A stretch of 64,000 bases of DNA. Source: Nitrospirales bacterium. GTDB lineage: Bacteria; Nitrospirota; Nitrospiria; Nitrospirales; UBA8639. The stretch's first letter is position 1. The number at the start of each line of letters is the position of its first letter. The position numbers were made by a program, and so were the translations under genes. Shown piece after piece: positions 1-60,354 of the stretch. The notes below the pieces were generated by a model. It did no database searches. It had not been told where the DNA came from and worked only from the letters and a program-made list of their open reading frames with translations. The stretch spans positions 160,001 through 224,000 of the forward strand of contig CBDBCZ010000019.1 of NCBI GenBank assembly GCA_965203295.1, given 5' to 3'.

Positions 1-238
1 CAGTTTATATATTGTGCTGCGTATGTGAATTCTTAGCAATATAGGGTTAGGCTTAGCGTTAGGGTTAGGGTTGGGGCTAGATAGGGCTAGGGTTAGAATT
101 AGGGACCGTGTAGTTTATAGATTTATAGAATGTGCAGCGCATTTTATAAATAGTGCCGATTCATGGAATGTACCCAATATGTACGTACAACCCCAATACC
201 AACTACTCCAGTTTTTCAATCCTGGCCCCCTCTTGCAG

Positions 239-14466
<14,228 letters not shown>

Positions 14467-15557
14467 AACTAATAATTTTGACTCCATAATTACTTTTGAA
14501 GTGTATTTTTGCAATGGTCTTGTGTGCATCTAACTATATATACAAAAGAAACATTGCATAGTGCAGGGAATGTGCTGTAAGTGCATCGCAAAGTAATTCC
14601 CATCTGAACAGTAGTTGACACAGAAGTAGATACAGTTAAGAAATTTTGTGCGTGAGGTTAAGCAATAACATCAATACATTGGGTGTGAAGTTGTGAACTA
14701 CTCTATTGAGAGTAGCTGCTAACTTGGTAACCATACGTATGGTAACCAAAATCATCAACACAGCTGTATACCCACGATAATTGCATCCCCAAACTGTGAC
14801 TCTGATATCTGTATAGCTAAATGGAATGTTTACTACAACTGTTAATAGCAGCAACACTATGAGTTTGTTATTTACTTACTATATGTGCTCAGGTACTGCA
14901 GGGTCATTCCCTGGGATGAACCCTATAGCAATACATGTACACTTAAAAAGTAATCCCAAATTGTCCAATCATAGCAGATGCTACTATGAGTTTGATCAAC
15001 ATAACTGATTGAAGCAGTATAGCGATAAGCTGTGAACCGTACCCTATAACAACAGTCAGCCATGTCCATGTCCCAAGTTACTACAGAATAATACTATAGA
15101 GCCTTCATGTCAACATATAGTGCTAACTTGAGCTATAGGGCCGGGGGTGCATGCATGATCAAGATAAATTTTTGCAATACCTGCAATGTATTATACCTAC
15201 ATGCACGATTGCCAAGTGTACAGCGAAGTGTAATTACAATGAAGTGCTGTAACTATTGCATGTGTTCTTTGTAGTTACAGTACCTTTCTGTCATGCTATA
15301 TAGCTGAGCTATTTATGGTGTATGTCTGAGTTTTGTATAGACATTGTGTCTGTGCTGTCGATCTGCATGTTAAGTCCACTATTGTGTGTGTTTTTATCAT
15401 GTACTGTACATATTTATTGTAGATTCTTTGTCATGTGACTCTTCCAGATATGAATCTGTATCAATGGGTAGGTTTCCTCAAGTATCTGTGGTCTGACTAT
15501 AGTTTTTACATGACTACATAACACAGTTTACCACAGATCTGTACAGCTAAAATACCA

Positions 15558-16111
15558 CTAGTACTTTCTTCTACCAGTGAGTCTCTCCCAAAGAGTTCTT
15601 GACTTTTTCTGCATCTTGTCGAGATTTTCTGCATAATATTATAGAAAGTGTATAATTATTTCTCATAGCCAACGCTCGGTCGTTAAGATCCACTGTAGTC
15701 TCATTCCCAGGACGGTCTGGGAATGAGACTACAGATACACGTGGCTGCATATGTACCATTTGAGAGAATCCAAGGGTTCTTTGCAGCTAGCTCTCCGCTG
15801 AAGGCAAGCTCCTTCTCTCTGGCATACAGTCCGCGATAGTAGTTAGAGTCCAACCTCTCGAGGCTTTCTAGAGCAGCTGCTGCTTTGACCGCCTGCGGAA
15901 GAAAAAAAATTAACGAGCCCCGCCCACATGTTCATGCGCATGCGTACACTGCGCTTACGTTTGCGCTAGCCTCTTCTTTGAACTTTTGTGCGTAGGTCTG
16001 CTTCAAGAACTCTCCGAGGTCTCTTCCTTTTTTGGAGGGATCCGCGGGCCATCCCTTAATCAGTTTCTGTAGTCTCGAGAGAAGCACCTTCTGTTGTTTT
16101 AGTAGAGCCAT
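15558..16111 (-). CDS. UQCC2: Ubiquinol-cytochrome c reductase complex assembly factor 2
   Basis: Not in the ORF track. Three exons 16111-15959, 15892-15757, 15628-15558 give MALLKQQKVLLSRLQKLIKGWPADPSKKGRDLGEFLKQ...ALESLERLDSNYYRGLY...WILSNENLDKMQKKSRTLWERLTGRRKY*. WPxDxxKxGRDLGxxL and ESLxRLxSNYY are UQCC2 signatures. Confidence 0.88.
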
Positions 16112-16451
16112 AATAACGTAGTACTTAATGTGCTGCGCACGTGAACGTTAACGCCGCCATTTCCTTGACTCTGATTGGTCACTGGCCACGTGACTACGAG
16201 TCATGTGATAAACTCAGCTTCGCAAAGACAGGTTAGTTGTAGCGTACATCTATGGTTGTAGTGTAGATGGTTATATAGTACATGCGAATGAGCTTTGCAT
16301 ATAGAGGTATTGTAAAATCTAGTAGCCCAGTATTATAAATTAAGCTTATTGCATTTTTAATAGAGCAACCCCTTTCATTGATGTCTGAGATGCTGCAAGT
16401 ATTAATGTTTTACTACTAATTGCTCATCAGATCTGAAAACCCAACGGAAAG

Positions 16452-21497
<5,046 letters not shown>

Positions 21498-22229
21498 TGT
21501 TTCTTGCAAAGCTGGACTGCTACACTGAATAGCGGTTAATGGTATCTGTATACATGCATAGCTGTTTATAACCAGGTCTTTTGCCTTGGTTGGTATACAT
21601 GAGTATATTATTGTTATACATGTAGGTGAACGATCTTTTTTTTTTTTTACTGAGGAAATATTGTAACCTTGTTACTTTGTTGCAGCCAGTATTATTGAGT
21701 TTTAACAGCACAATTAATTGACTATCGCGTCTCCATGCACCCATCAGTAAGACAAGCCAAATGGAAGTGTGCATGTATAATGCAGGAGCTTTCCCATTGT
21801 TGGTACAGAAATTTTTCTACTTACGTATAGTCATTTTGCTATATATACCCTTAAGCACTCTGACATTGGTGCATGTAAAACTATACATGTAGCTAGCTGA
21901 TATAACTATAGCTATCAATTTGTGTATTAAGAGTTGATAGTATGCAACCGCATGGGACAAAAAGCCTTGGCATGAAGAGCTATCAGCTGTATTAAGAGTT
22001 GCTCGAATGCAGTATATAATTATGCAACTGGGACTAAGCCTATGTATGAAGAGATGCATGTGGCTACATGTAGCAATGAAGTACCAACTTAACACTACAT
22101 ATTTGACCAACCAAAAATAATAACACAAAAGTAATGAATTACACAGCACGAAATTTTGTTGGACAATGTACAATAACAGCTTCACTCATGAACAATATGT
22201 CTTCCTCATGAGTTCGAAGAAGTGGATGG

Positions 22230-37023
<14,794 letters not shown>

Positions 37024-37263
37024 CTTCTCTGTGTGTGAGTCGGCGAAGTGAGATTTGCCGAACCTTTTCACTGGGCTTCCTGTCCCACTTCCGGTCGGAA
37101 GCACGTAGTTGTGGGGGTCCAATATAAAATTGTATAGGACCCCCGCACTAAGTGTGTGCGCCGCGTGGAAAATTATGGATGGGCGTGCGTATAGAGGATT
37201 TTAAGCCTTTCTGAGACGTTCATCTGATACTCATCCTAATCTAGTGTTTATTTTCCGGTAGCA

Positions 37264-42173
<4,910 letters not shown>

Positions 42174-42618
42174 TGTAACACCATGAAGTGTAATAACATG
42201 TTTTTCATTTTCTTTATTGCATGTATAATATGCCACGCAACTGTACATTGTCATGCTTACCATATGCATTTTACGTACATGTATACTATTATGTTTAAAT
42301 TGGCATGCATGCGTACTACCAGTACATATACATACCAATGACTATATTACACATATCATGATTGTACTTCTAATACCTGTACACGTGTACCATGGAGTAT
42401 GGCTACATACTGCATGCATGTATAATGATTGCACATGGCCTACGTACACAAAAGCATGGATGACATGATCGTGTAATTGCATATTATGTGCATACATACA
42501 TTATGTGCACGGTTAAAATGCCATTTCAATAGAGTGCTCTTTTTTGTACTTTTGTAGATATAAGTCAGAACTGCATTGCTCAACGAGGGAAAGTGTTTTG
42601 CTAGAGATGCCCACACCA

Positions 42619-45029
<2,411 letters not shown>

Positions 45030-45172
45030 TTTGTACTTTGGGGTTGATTCGGAACGGGACTCCGAATGGAACGGAATAGACTCATGCCCAGAACAGCCTC
45101 CAAGTAGCTCTCATCAGTCGAGGCTAGCGCATCAGTCACTTGCATAAAAGCAGCACTGAAAGTACCCTCAGT

Positions 45173-45292
45173 GCCTACGGCCATACCACGCTGAACACAC
45201 CGGTTCTCGTCCGATCACCGAAGTTAAGCAGCGTCGGGCCTGCTCAGTACCTGGATGGGTGACCGCCTGGGAACAGCAGGTGTTGTAGGCTT
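45173..45292 (+). rRNA. 5S rRNA gene (copy 1)
   Basis: GCCTACGGCCATACCACGCTGAA...CGATCACCGAAGTTAAGCAG...GGATGGGTGACCGCCTGGGAA...TGTAGGC followed by an oligo-T Pol III terminator; ATAAAA at about -29. Confidence 0.97.
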
Positions 45293-46167
45293 TTTTTTTT
45301 TTTCTTTTTGCTTTTTTTTCTCGCTTTCATTTATGTAAGGCCTACACATGTAGACGCGACGGTTTTTAATCTAACGTGGGCCTCTATCTATCCCACGCAC
45401 CTTACTTGCATCAAGTTGCATGCTCTTCTCGCAGCTCGCGGGCCAGCCTGCTGCTCTAGGCGGAAGTGGGCTGGCCGGCCCACGAGGATATATCGATATG
45501 GGATGTACGTAGGAGGTAAGCTTAATATTGCATTTCCGAACCAGACCTAGAGGGCTGATCTCGCTTCACTGGAATCGCTTTGAAGAGGTTAGACTGAGGA
45601 GATCCAGAGATATAGGAGGTAATTCTGTGTCTATGTCTCAGTCTTCAAGAAAGAGAATGGTTTTGCTTTAATAGCCTCGTCGCGAGGCTAGGTTTGGCTC
45701 TACATGCACGCTAAAAGGTCACTTGATCATGGTAACCTCGCGTAGCCAGCTCCTCCTGCGAAGGGCTGGCTGCGCGAGGCTTGACCCATCTTCAAGTTGT
45801 TCCCCCTCGCCCAGCACCCAAGATTATATTCATGTAGCTAGCTTTATAGCTGTGTTATTATTATTTTATTTTGGTTTGCTGCTGCAAGGTCTATAATATG
45901 CAAACTGCTTCGTTATAGTTTTACTTTAATAGCTATAGGTATTGAAGTAAAATTAAGGTGTCCTGGCTCAATCGAAGGACTATTTCAAATGCGGACTCCT
46001 TAAAATTATCTCCATGCAGTGGGAATAGGGTCTAGTTCCTATACTATGACACACATTCAGCACAATATAGCTATTATGGAGGACATGCTTCTTATATATC
46101 TTGCTGCACTGTATATATACATTTCATAATTCTTGTTTACTAGCTACATCATTGAGAACCTGCAACT

Positions 46168-47025
46168 ATGTCAGCAAAACTACCCCACAACATTGTAAAT
46201 GGGGTTGTGTTTCCTCCCATGGTCACGCAACAGCATATGGACGAGCTGAAAGACTTCGCTCTCCGTCCAGATGATGTAATGATATCAAGCTTGCCTAAAG
46301 CAGGTACCACATGGCTGCGGCAGATCATAAAGCTCATTCGGACCAACGGGAAGGAGAGCGGGGAAAAGCTTCCAGACGCCATTCCAGGAATAGAAACAAA
46401 CCACAAAGGATTTTATTGGGTTGATATCGACAACATGCCCAGTCCACGCATCATAAAGACGCATGTTCCCTACCAGATGACTCCTGGAGGGCTACCTCAT
46501 ACCACCGGTGTGAAGTACATTTACGTTGCACGGAACCCCAAGGACCTGGCGGTGTCTTTCTACTATCACGTTCGTGGGTTCAAACATCATCACTTCACTG
46601 GTACATTCAGTGAATACCTCCAGCTCTTCATTGAGGGGAAAAATGCCTTTGGCTCTTGGTTTGACCATGTGCTGGGGTGGTGGCAACACAAAGACAGTCC
46701 GAACATCCTTTTCATAAAATACGAAGACATGAAGAAGGACACTCCATCGGTTATTAAAGAAATTTCCGATTTCATGGGTTGCAAATTAGAGGCTGAAGTG
46801 ATTAAACAAATTGCTGAACAAGTACAGTTCGAAAGAATGAAAGATAATCCTGCGGCTAATTTCTCCTGGATGGCGGCTGACCGCATACCCAGTGAGCCAC
46901 CGTTTATGAGGAAGGGAGTAGTGGGTGACTGGAAGAATCATTTCACAGCGGAGGAATCTGCCATGTTCGATGCTTTGTACTCGGAGAAAATGAAGGGCAG
47001 TGGACTGGAATTTGATTTTGAGTAG
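46168..47025 (+). CDS. Cytosolic sulfotransferase (SULT1-like), uninterrupted CDS, 285 aa
   Basis: 5'-PSB LPKAGTTW, catalytic KTH, RNPKDLAVSFY, GSWFDHVLGWW, YEDMKKD, FMRKGVVGDWKNHFT. An acceptor-like TTGTTTACTAG at about 46143 suggests a 5'UTR intron. Confidence 0.96.
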   Translation: MSAKLPHNIVNGVVFPPMVTQQHMDELKDFALRPDDVMISSLPKAGTTWLRQIIKLIRTNGKESGEKLPDAIPGIETNHKGFYWVDIDNMPSPRIIKTHVPYQMTPGGLPHTTGVKYIYVARNPKDLAVSFYYHVRGFKHHHFTGTFSEYLQLFIEGKNAFGSWFDHVLGWWQHKDSPNILFIKYEDMKKDTPSVIKEISDFMGCKLEAEVIKQIAEQVQFERMKDNPAANFSWMAADRIPSEPPFMRKGVVGDWKNHFTAEESAMFDALYSEKMKGSGLEFDFE

Positions 47026-47675
47026 AGTAGTCCATATAGGACACCTCCATTTTATGATATTTTTGCTATCTAGCCAGCTAAACATTAGACTAAGGATGTG
47101 TGTATATTATTATTTAGGGATTGCGATTTTGTACAATTATAATTATATTCATTCGAAGTTAGTAACTGAGTTTTATTATTGTGTGTTGCACCACTGTGCA
47201 CATTATGCATTTTAAATTTGGTGGCTATGAGCTCGAGGGCTGTTGCCATCTAGGGGAGCAGGCTGCAATCAAAGATGGTTTTCTCCGTGCATGGGAGCCA
47301 CTTGGTAGCTAGTATAGCTACATGTGTAGACCTAGAGACTTCTAGTGCGCATGTGCATGAAACTTCAAGTTCAATCAGCTAGTCTACATGCAGGGACAAT
47401 GAGGGCTAGCGCTGGATGGGTGCTGAGCTGAAGATGAGCCTCCAGTGTCTATCCTGGTTGTGGTTATCTTGTTTTGGTAATAGTTGTGTTAGAGGTAGAC
47501 TTATTAAATTGGAAGCACATGGACTCCTATTATATCCTAGGCCTGGATGAGTGATGAAGAGAGAGAATTCGAAGCGGCAAAAAAAAGGAAAAAAGAAACC
47601 ACCACCTCCTGATCCTATGTTTTGTTTTAGCTATATTATAGCCGAGAGTGGCGTTAGTAAAAAAAAAAAAAAAAA

Positions 47676-47795
47676 AAGCCTACAACACCTGCTGTTCCCA
47701 GGCGGTCACCCATCCAGGTACTGAGCAGGCCCGACGCTGCTTAACTTCGGTGATCGGACGAGAACCGGTGTGTTCAGCGTGGTATGGCCGTAGGC
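47676..47795 (-). rRNA. 5S rRNA gene (copy 2), inverted relative to copy 1
   Basis: Exact reverse complement of copy 1 by base-by-base reading; the poly-A at 47659-47677 is the terminator on the minus strand. Confidence 0.97.
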
Positions 47796-47994
47796 ACTGA
47801 GGGTACTTTCAGTGCTGCTTTTATGCAAGTGACTGATGAGCTAAAAGCTTGAGATTTATGCTGAAACGATATTTAATTTACCTGCTTCAAATTCGCAATC
47901 ATACTGTACACGCTAAGTACATTATTATCATAAAACTGCAATAATAATAATATTAATACAAATACAGTGATGGATATAATTGCAAGTGTAGTTG

Positions 47995-50900
47995 CTAGAT
48001 TCTCTTGGTGCCACACTCGCAACAGTACTTTGCCTGAGGCACCGGAAACTTAGATCCACACTCATAGCAATACTTAGACATGGTCATCCCGTGAGCGTTG
48101 AGAGGGACACCCCGATTGATTCCCGACATCGATCCCTGACTCGAGTCACTCCCGACCCTTTCCCGTCCGTGGCTGTCCGAGGAACAGTTTCTACTGAGCC
48201 TGCGATGATGAGTGAACGGATCAGCAGAGGTGAGGGGACCATGTTGCCTAGGAAACAACAGAGTAAGAGCTAGAAGGAACCACTGATTCTACCAACCCTA
48301 TTACATGTTCACGTACATAAGTACGGCATCTAATGTAGATGCCAGGTGCTTGGGGCTGCCCTTTAATACATGTACATGTATCTGCAGTGGGCTGGGGTAA
48401 GCCCTTATTATCCCCATGCTAACTATTTTCAAAGTCAAGTAAAATTACTCCTGTGGTGGGCAATGAAGTCTCCTAACCCTAACTCTAACCCTAACTCTAA
48501 CCCTAACCCTAATTATAAACCTAATCCTAAATACCTAAATAAACCTAACCCTAACCCTAAATTTAACCCTAACTTCCTAAGGTCACGCTAATTGAAGTTG
48601 CATTCAGCTTTGCCCTGTCCAATTCTATTGCAATTCCTCTAATACATCACTCATTTCAAAATTTCCCTGTCGCCTACGATGTATGATGTACGGGAGCTTA
48701 GAAATGCCATGCCAAAGTCAAGCAACGAGGCAGCCCCAAACCTGCTGTGCATGCCTCATTAACGCTCCTGTCCTGTTTGGAGCATCTTGTTCATAGCTTT
48801 ACCTTCCTCGTGATTCCCTCCTCGTCTGAGTAGCCACCAACTGCTGCCGCTGCGTGTGCCGGGAGTCCACGTCGCTCTGTGGGGACGACGACCTCTCACT
48901 ACCACCACTGGACGCAAACCGACCCTTCCCGTCTCTTCCTATCCTACGCAAGTCCGTGCTGCGTGCGTCCAAGTCTTGTACGTGGCCATTGGGAACTTCT
49001 CCATTGTGTCTGTGTCCACCAGTATCCTCCTGCTCATCCGAAGAGTACTCATACAGCCGTCTCGAAGTCGAATTTCTTACAACGATGCCCCTAGTCGTGC
49101 TGACGCTCGGGACTCTAGTACCGGTGCCACTGCCACCGAATGGAGGCTTCCTTCCAAAAGCAGTCTGTTCTGCAGTCTCTTGATTCTCCGCCCCTGAGAC
49201 GTTCCCTCCCCTCCTACTGAACGAAGTCTGTCTCCTGATGGCAGGTGCCGGTCCGCTGGGTGGCTGCGGATATTTGTGCGTGCCGGGAGTATTCCCAGGA
49301 AGATTTCCGGCTCTTATGCCGCTGACGATTCCTTTGGCGGTGGTACGAGTCGCTGTCATGGCAGCGGGACCACTAGGCTGTCTCGTTCTGGTACTGACCC
49401 TGGTATTGGTCCGAGGGATCGAGCCGGCTCTGGTGGGATATCCCCCGGCAGTTCCGTCAGTCGGCTGTGCCCCATCCACCACGGTGTAGGTGCCACTGAA
49501 GTTGGTGTTTCTTGCCACCAGGTTCGCACCAGGTGGGACCTTAGTCTCTCCCTGATTTGTGCCGGAGCGCTTTCGAGGCATCGGAGGCTTGTACTGCGGG
49601 AAAAAATAAAAAGCAGTGTTCTCTTTGGGAGAAGGGTGTGCTACCACGTAGGGACATGAATTAATCGACACTAACCTGCATCCTCTTGCTGAAACTCTCC
49701 TTGGTTTACTAACCAGCACTAACTAACCTATACTAAGTTACTAACCATGAATTAACTGACACTAACCTGCATCCTCTTGCTGAGACTCTCCTTGGTTTGA
49801 TAACTTGTACTAACTATGAATTAACCTCCACTAACCTGCATCCTCTTGCTGAGACTCTCCTTGGTTTACTAACCAGTACTAACTATGAATTAACCTCCAC
49901 TAAACCTGCCGAAGCTCTCCTTGGTTTACTAACCCGTACTAACCATGAATTAACACTAACCTGCATCCTCTTGCTGAGACTCTCCTTGGTTTACTAACCA
50001 GTACTAACTATGAATTAACACTAACCTGCATCCTCTTGCTGAGACTCTCCTTGGTTTACTAACCAGTACTAACTATGAATTAACACTAACCTGCATCCTC
50101 TTGCTGAGACTCTCCTTGGCTTTGGAGGAGGCCTTCCTGTCGATCCTCGAGGTCATCTCCTTGCAGAAGGGGATGTGTCGCTCGGCGGCCGACTCTTGGA
50201 ACTTCCGCTGGCAGTGGGGGCACTCGACATAGTCTGGATTGGGGGCGGAGGGCTGGTAGGGAGGGAGGGGGGCTCCTGTGTGTGTGAGTGTATGAGTGTG
50301 AGTATGTGGTTTACTTCATAAAATAAACACACTTTACCAGTTAGCCACAGAGAGAACAAAGTGACTTGAATAAATGCACAGTGTGAACTTATTTGATGCC
50401 AGTACCAGTAAGAGTGAGTGCGTCCTTGAATAAACGCACACGTCCTTGATTAAACGCACATGTCCCTGAATAAACGCACATGCCCTTGCCTAAATGTACA
50501 TGATGCATGCTACCTCCAGGAGGAGTGGTGTTCACCAACCTGCCACCCAAAATTGCAAAGACACCACGTCAGTATTGGGCCACTGATTTAGCAGCAGAAC
50601 GAGGTCCGCCGCTCCCTCCTGGAGGTACAAACTCACCAGACTTGACGGCTTCGGTGACGGTTCTGGCAGCCCTGATGGACTGGATGAAGGTCTCGTGTTT
50701 CCTCCTCCAGTCGGACCTCTTCTTGGCAGCAGCAGCTTTCTGGAGGAAAATTATTGGGGCCTAATCTTAAGGACATTTGCTTCTTGCACCCTTTATCGCA
50801 TGCGTAAGATTGCTAGCAACAAAATTATTCCCATAACAAGCACTGACTAGGCTGTAGTACAAAGTCCTTGAATAATAAGGACACTATCACCTTTTTCATT

Positions 50901-52511
50901 TTAGTTGGCAAAATAAAACTGAAACTAAACTTTATGTAAAGCCATACTAAAACAACACGCCTAAGTTCTCACACACAATGTCATGCGTGCATGGGCACAC
51001 AGGCAGTCATGTATACAGAGGTTTGCAAATTGATTGTCCTCAACAAAAAGCAAATAGGCAGTGGCTCTCTAAGTACTTAATTAGGTTAAGCTGAGACTAA
51101 CAGTTTACACAGTTTCTACTATCAGCTTCCATTTTGCCTATTGCACTGGACAACCAACCTGCACACCTCTGTACCTCGTCCACCTCACCTGCTCTGAAGT
51201 GGAGGGCCTGTTGCCCCTCCTGTTTGCCTTCATGAAGGCCTCTATCTCGGTCCCCGCAATCCTGTGCTTGGCCGTGTCGAACGGTTTCCTCTTCTCGGCG
51301 TTCCGCTGGCTCTTGCTGCAGATGCGCTCGTGGCGAGGCTGGGAGGGAACAACAGCGAAAGCTATTAGTGTCATGATCAGCATTTACATGCAGGAAAGTA
51401 TGCTCGATAGAACTTAGGGTTAGGGTTAGGGATAAGGGTTAGTAAGTAAGTAGGGTAGGGTTAGGGTTAGGGTTTAGAGGTTAACTGTTGGGTTTAGAGC
51501 GAGCTGCATTGCGTCAGTATCGAGATATAGGCTGGTGCATTGTCCACGCATGTGGACTTATGCACTAGCCTGTATCTTGATAATGCTGCAACCATAATGG
51601 TTGACATTATTATATGCTCCTGCTGCAATGCAGCATAGTAGGGCCTACCCTAGCCCAACCCTAACCACAAAAGTGCCTATTGGTTTGGCAGGAAGTCAGT
51701 TAGTGTTAGGGCTAGGGCTAGGGTTATGGTAGGGTCTAAAGGCTGGGTTTAGAGCTAGTTGCGTTGCGTCAGTATCGAGATACAGGCTAGTGCATGAGGG
51801 TGCATGTGTGGACATTGCCCATTCAAATTTATACCACATTACATCATCTACAATAAAAATGATTGGCTAAAAAGTATGGGTTACATAGTTTCATAACTTA
51901 CACTTTTATCAGTTCGCTACGTTGCTACGCAGCGAAGATTGTACGCATGCGCAACGTGGTATAAGTCAGATAGACCACACCCACTCGTGTGTTATGCGCT
52001 ATAACCCACTTGTTTACATTTATCCCTCGGCTTCGCCTCGGGATAACCGCAAACTCGTGGGTTACATAGGCGCATAACCCACTCTTTGGTGTAGTCTATC
52101 CTATACGTATGTACTTCCTGCTCACATTCAAATCTCTTCTCTAAGACTGAGGATATAGTATTGGAGGCCGTCCGATACATGTAGCAGGACTAGGGTGCAA
52201 TAAATGGCTGTAAAATTATGTCAACTGGTCAGTTAAATTATGAGAAACTGAGGGGGACAAACAAAACTGCGACAAGCAATGGCCTACCAAGACATCCGGG
52301 TTGAATGTACGGCCACATATGCCACATGGAGCAAAATCCAAAGGCTCTGGGACAGTAGAGTCTAAACAGGAGAAAGCAACACAGTTGATCAGAGAGCTAA
52401 TAAACTCCTAAGGGTCACATGTATGTCTATAATTCTTCCGAAATGTTGTAGTCTCATGATATGCTATGTCCAAGAAGTCTTTAAACATTGCAGCTTACCC
52501 GTCTCTTCCAT
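47995..52511 (-). CDS. ZC2HC1A: Zinc finger C2HC domain-containing protein 1A-like
   Basis: Exons 52511-52499, 52361-52288, 51338-51189, 50739-50637, 50275-50091, 49593-48803, 48247-47995. PCGICGRTFNPDVL|PRHERICSK, RKPFDTAKHR, DWRRKHETFIQSIRAAR, NPDYVECPHCQRKFQESAAERHIPFC, C-terminal KYCYECGSKFPVPQAKYCCECGTKRI. Confidence 0.9.
49660..50120. repeat. Tandem repeat (about 62-70 bp) copied from a ZC2HC1A exon/donor junction
   Basis: Unit CACTAACCTGCATCCTCTTGCTGAGACTCTCCTTGG.. appears about 6-7 times; the rightmost copy is the real exon end. Confidence 0.9.
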
Positions 52512-52687
52512 ATTGAGCGCTGATCGGCCTTTAGAACACGACTATGATTCACAAAACACAAAGATTTGGTCTGCGCACGGCAAAGTAACAAACAATCTCC
52601 TTGGAAACGACCTTTGACCTAGCCGTTTCAGACCCGCGCGCCGCCTGCACATTTGCAGCTGCCAGCTGGATATTTTAATAGTACAAG

Positions 52688-60191
<7,504 letters not shown>

Positions 60192-60354
60192 GATCACCTC
60201 TCTATTCATTATCAAAAAAAAATATTAGTGTTCGTATATTGCTGTGGGTGGGGCTCATAACCTACACGTGGGCGTAGTTAGCGGTTTGCACTTTGACCTT
60301 CAAGGGTCCACACACGTGGTGACGATCGACGTTTCATATTATTTTATTAAAATC

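Noticed and set aside
47221..47640. Possible snRNA, snoRNA or spliced-leader gene linked to 5S (a GTGATGA box C-like motif near 47551)
   Set aside because: No matching box D with terminal stem, Sm site or recognisable snRNA sequence could be supported by eye.
47833..47870. CTGATGA...GAAAC next to the 5S flank as a possible hammerhead
   Set aside because: Stem II is not directly followed by GAAA, and stems I and III cannot be formed.
51992..52180. ORF MYRTASNTISSVLEK... as ZC2HC1A first exon
   Set aside because: The missing zinc-finger half (CGICGRTF) is found at 52361-52288 with a phase-compatible ATG exon at 52511-52499.
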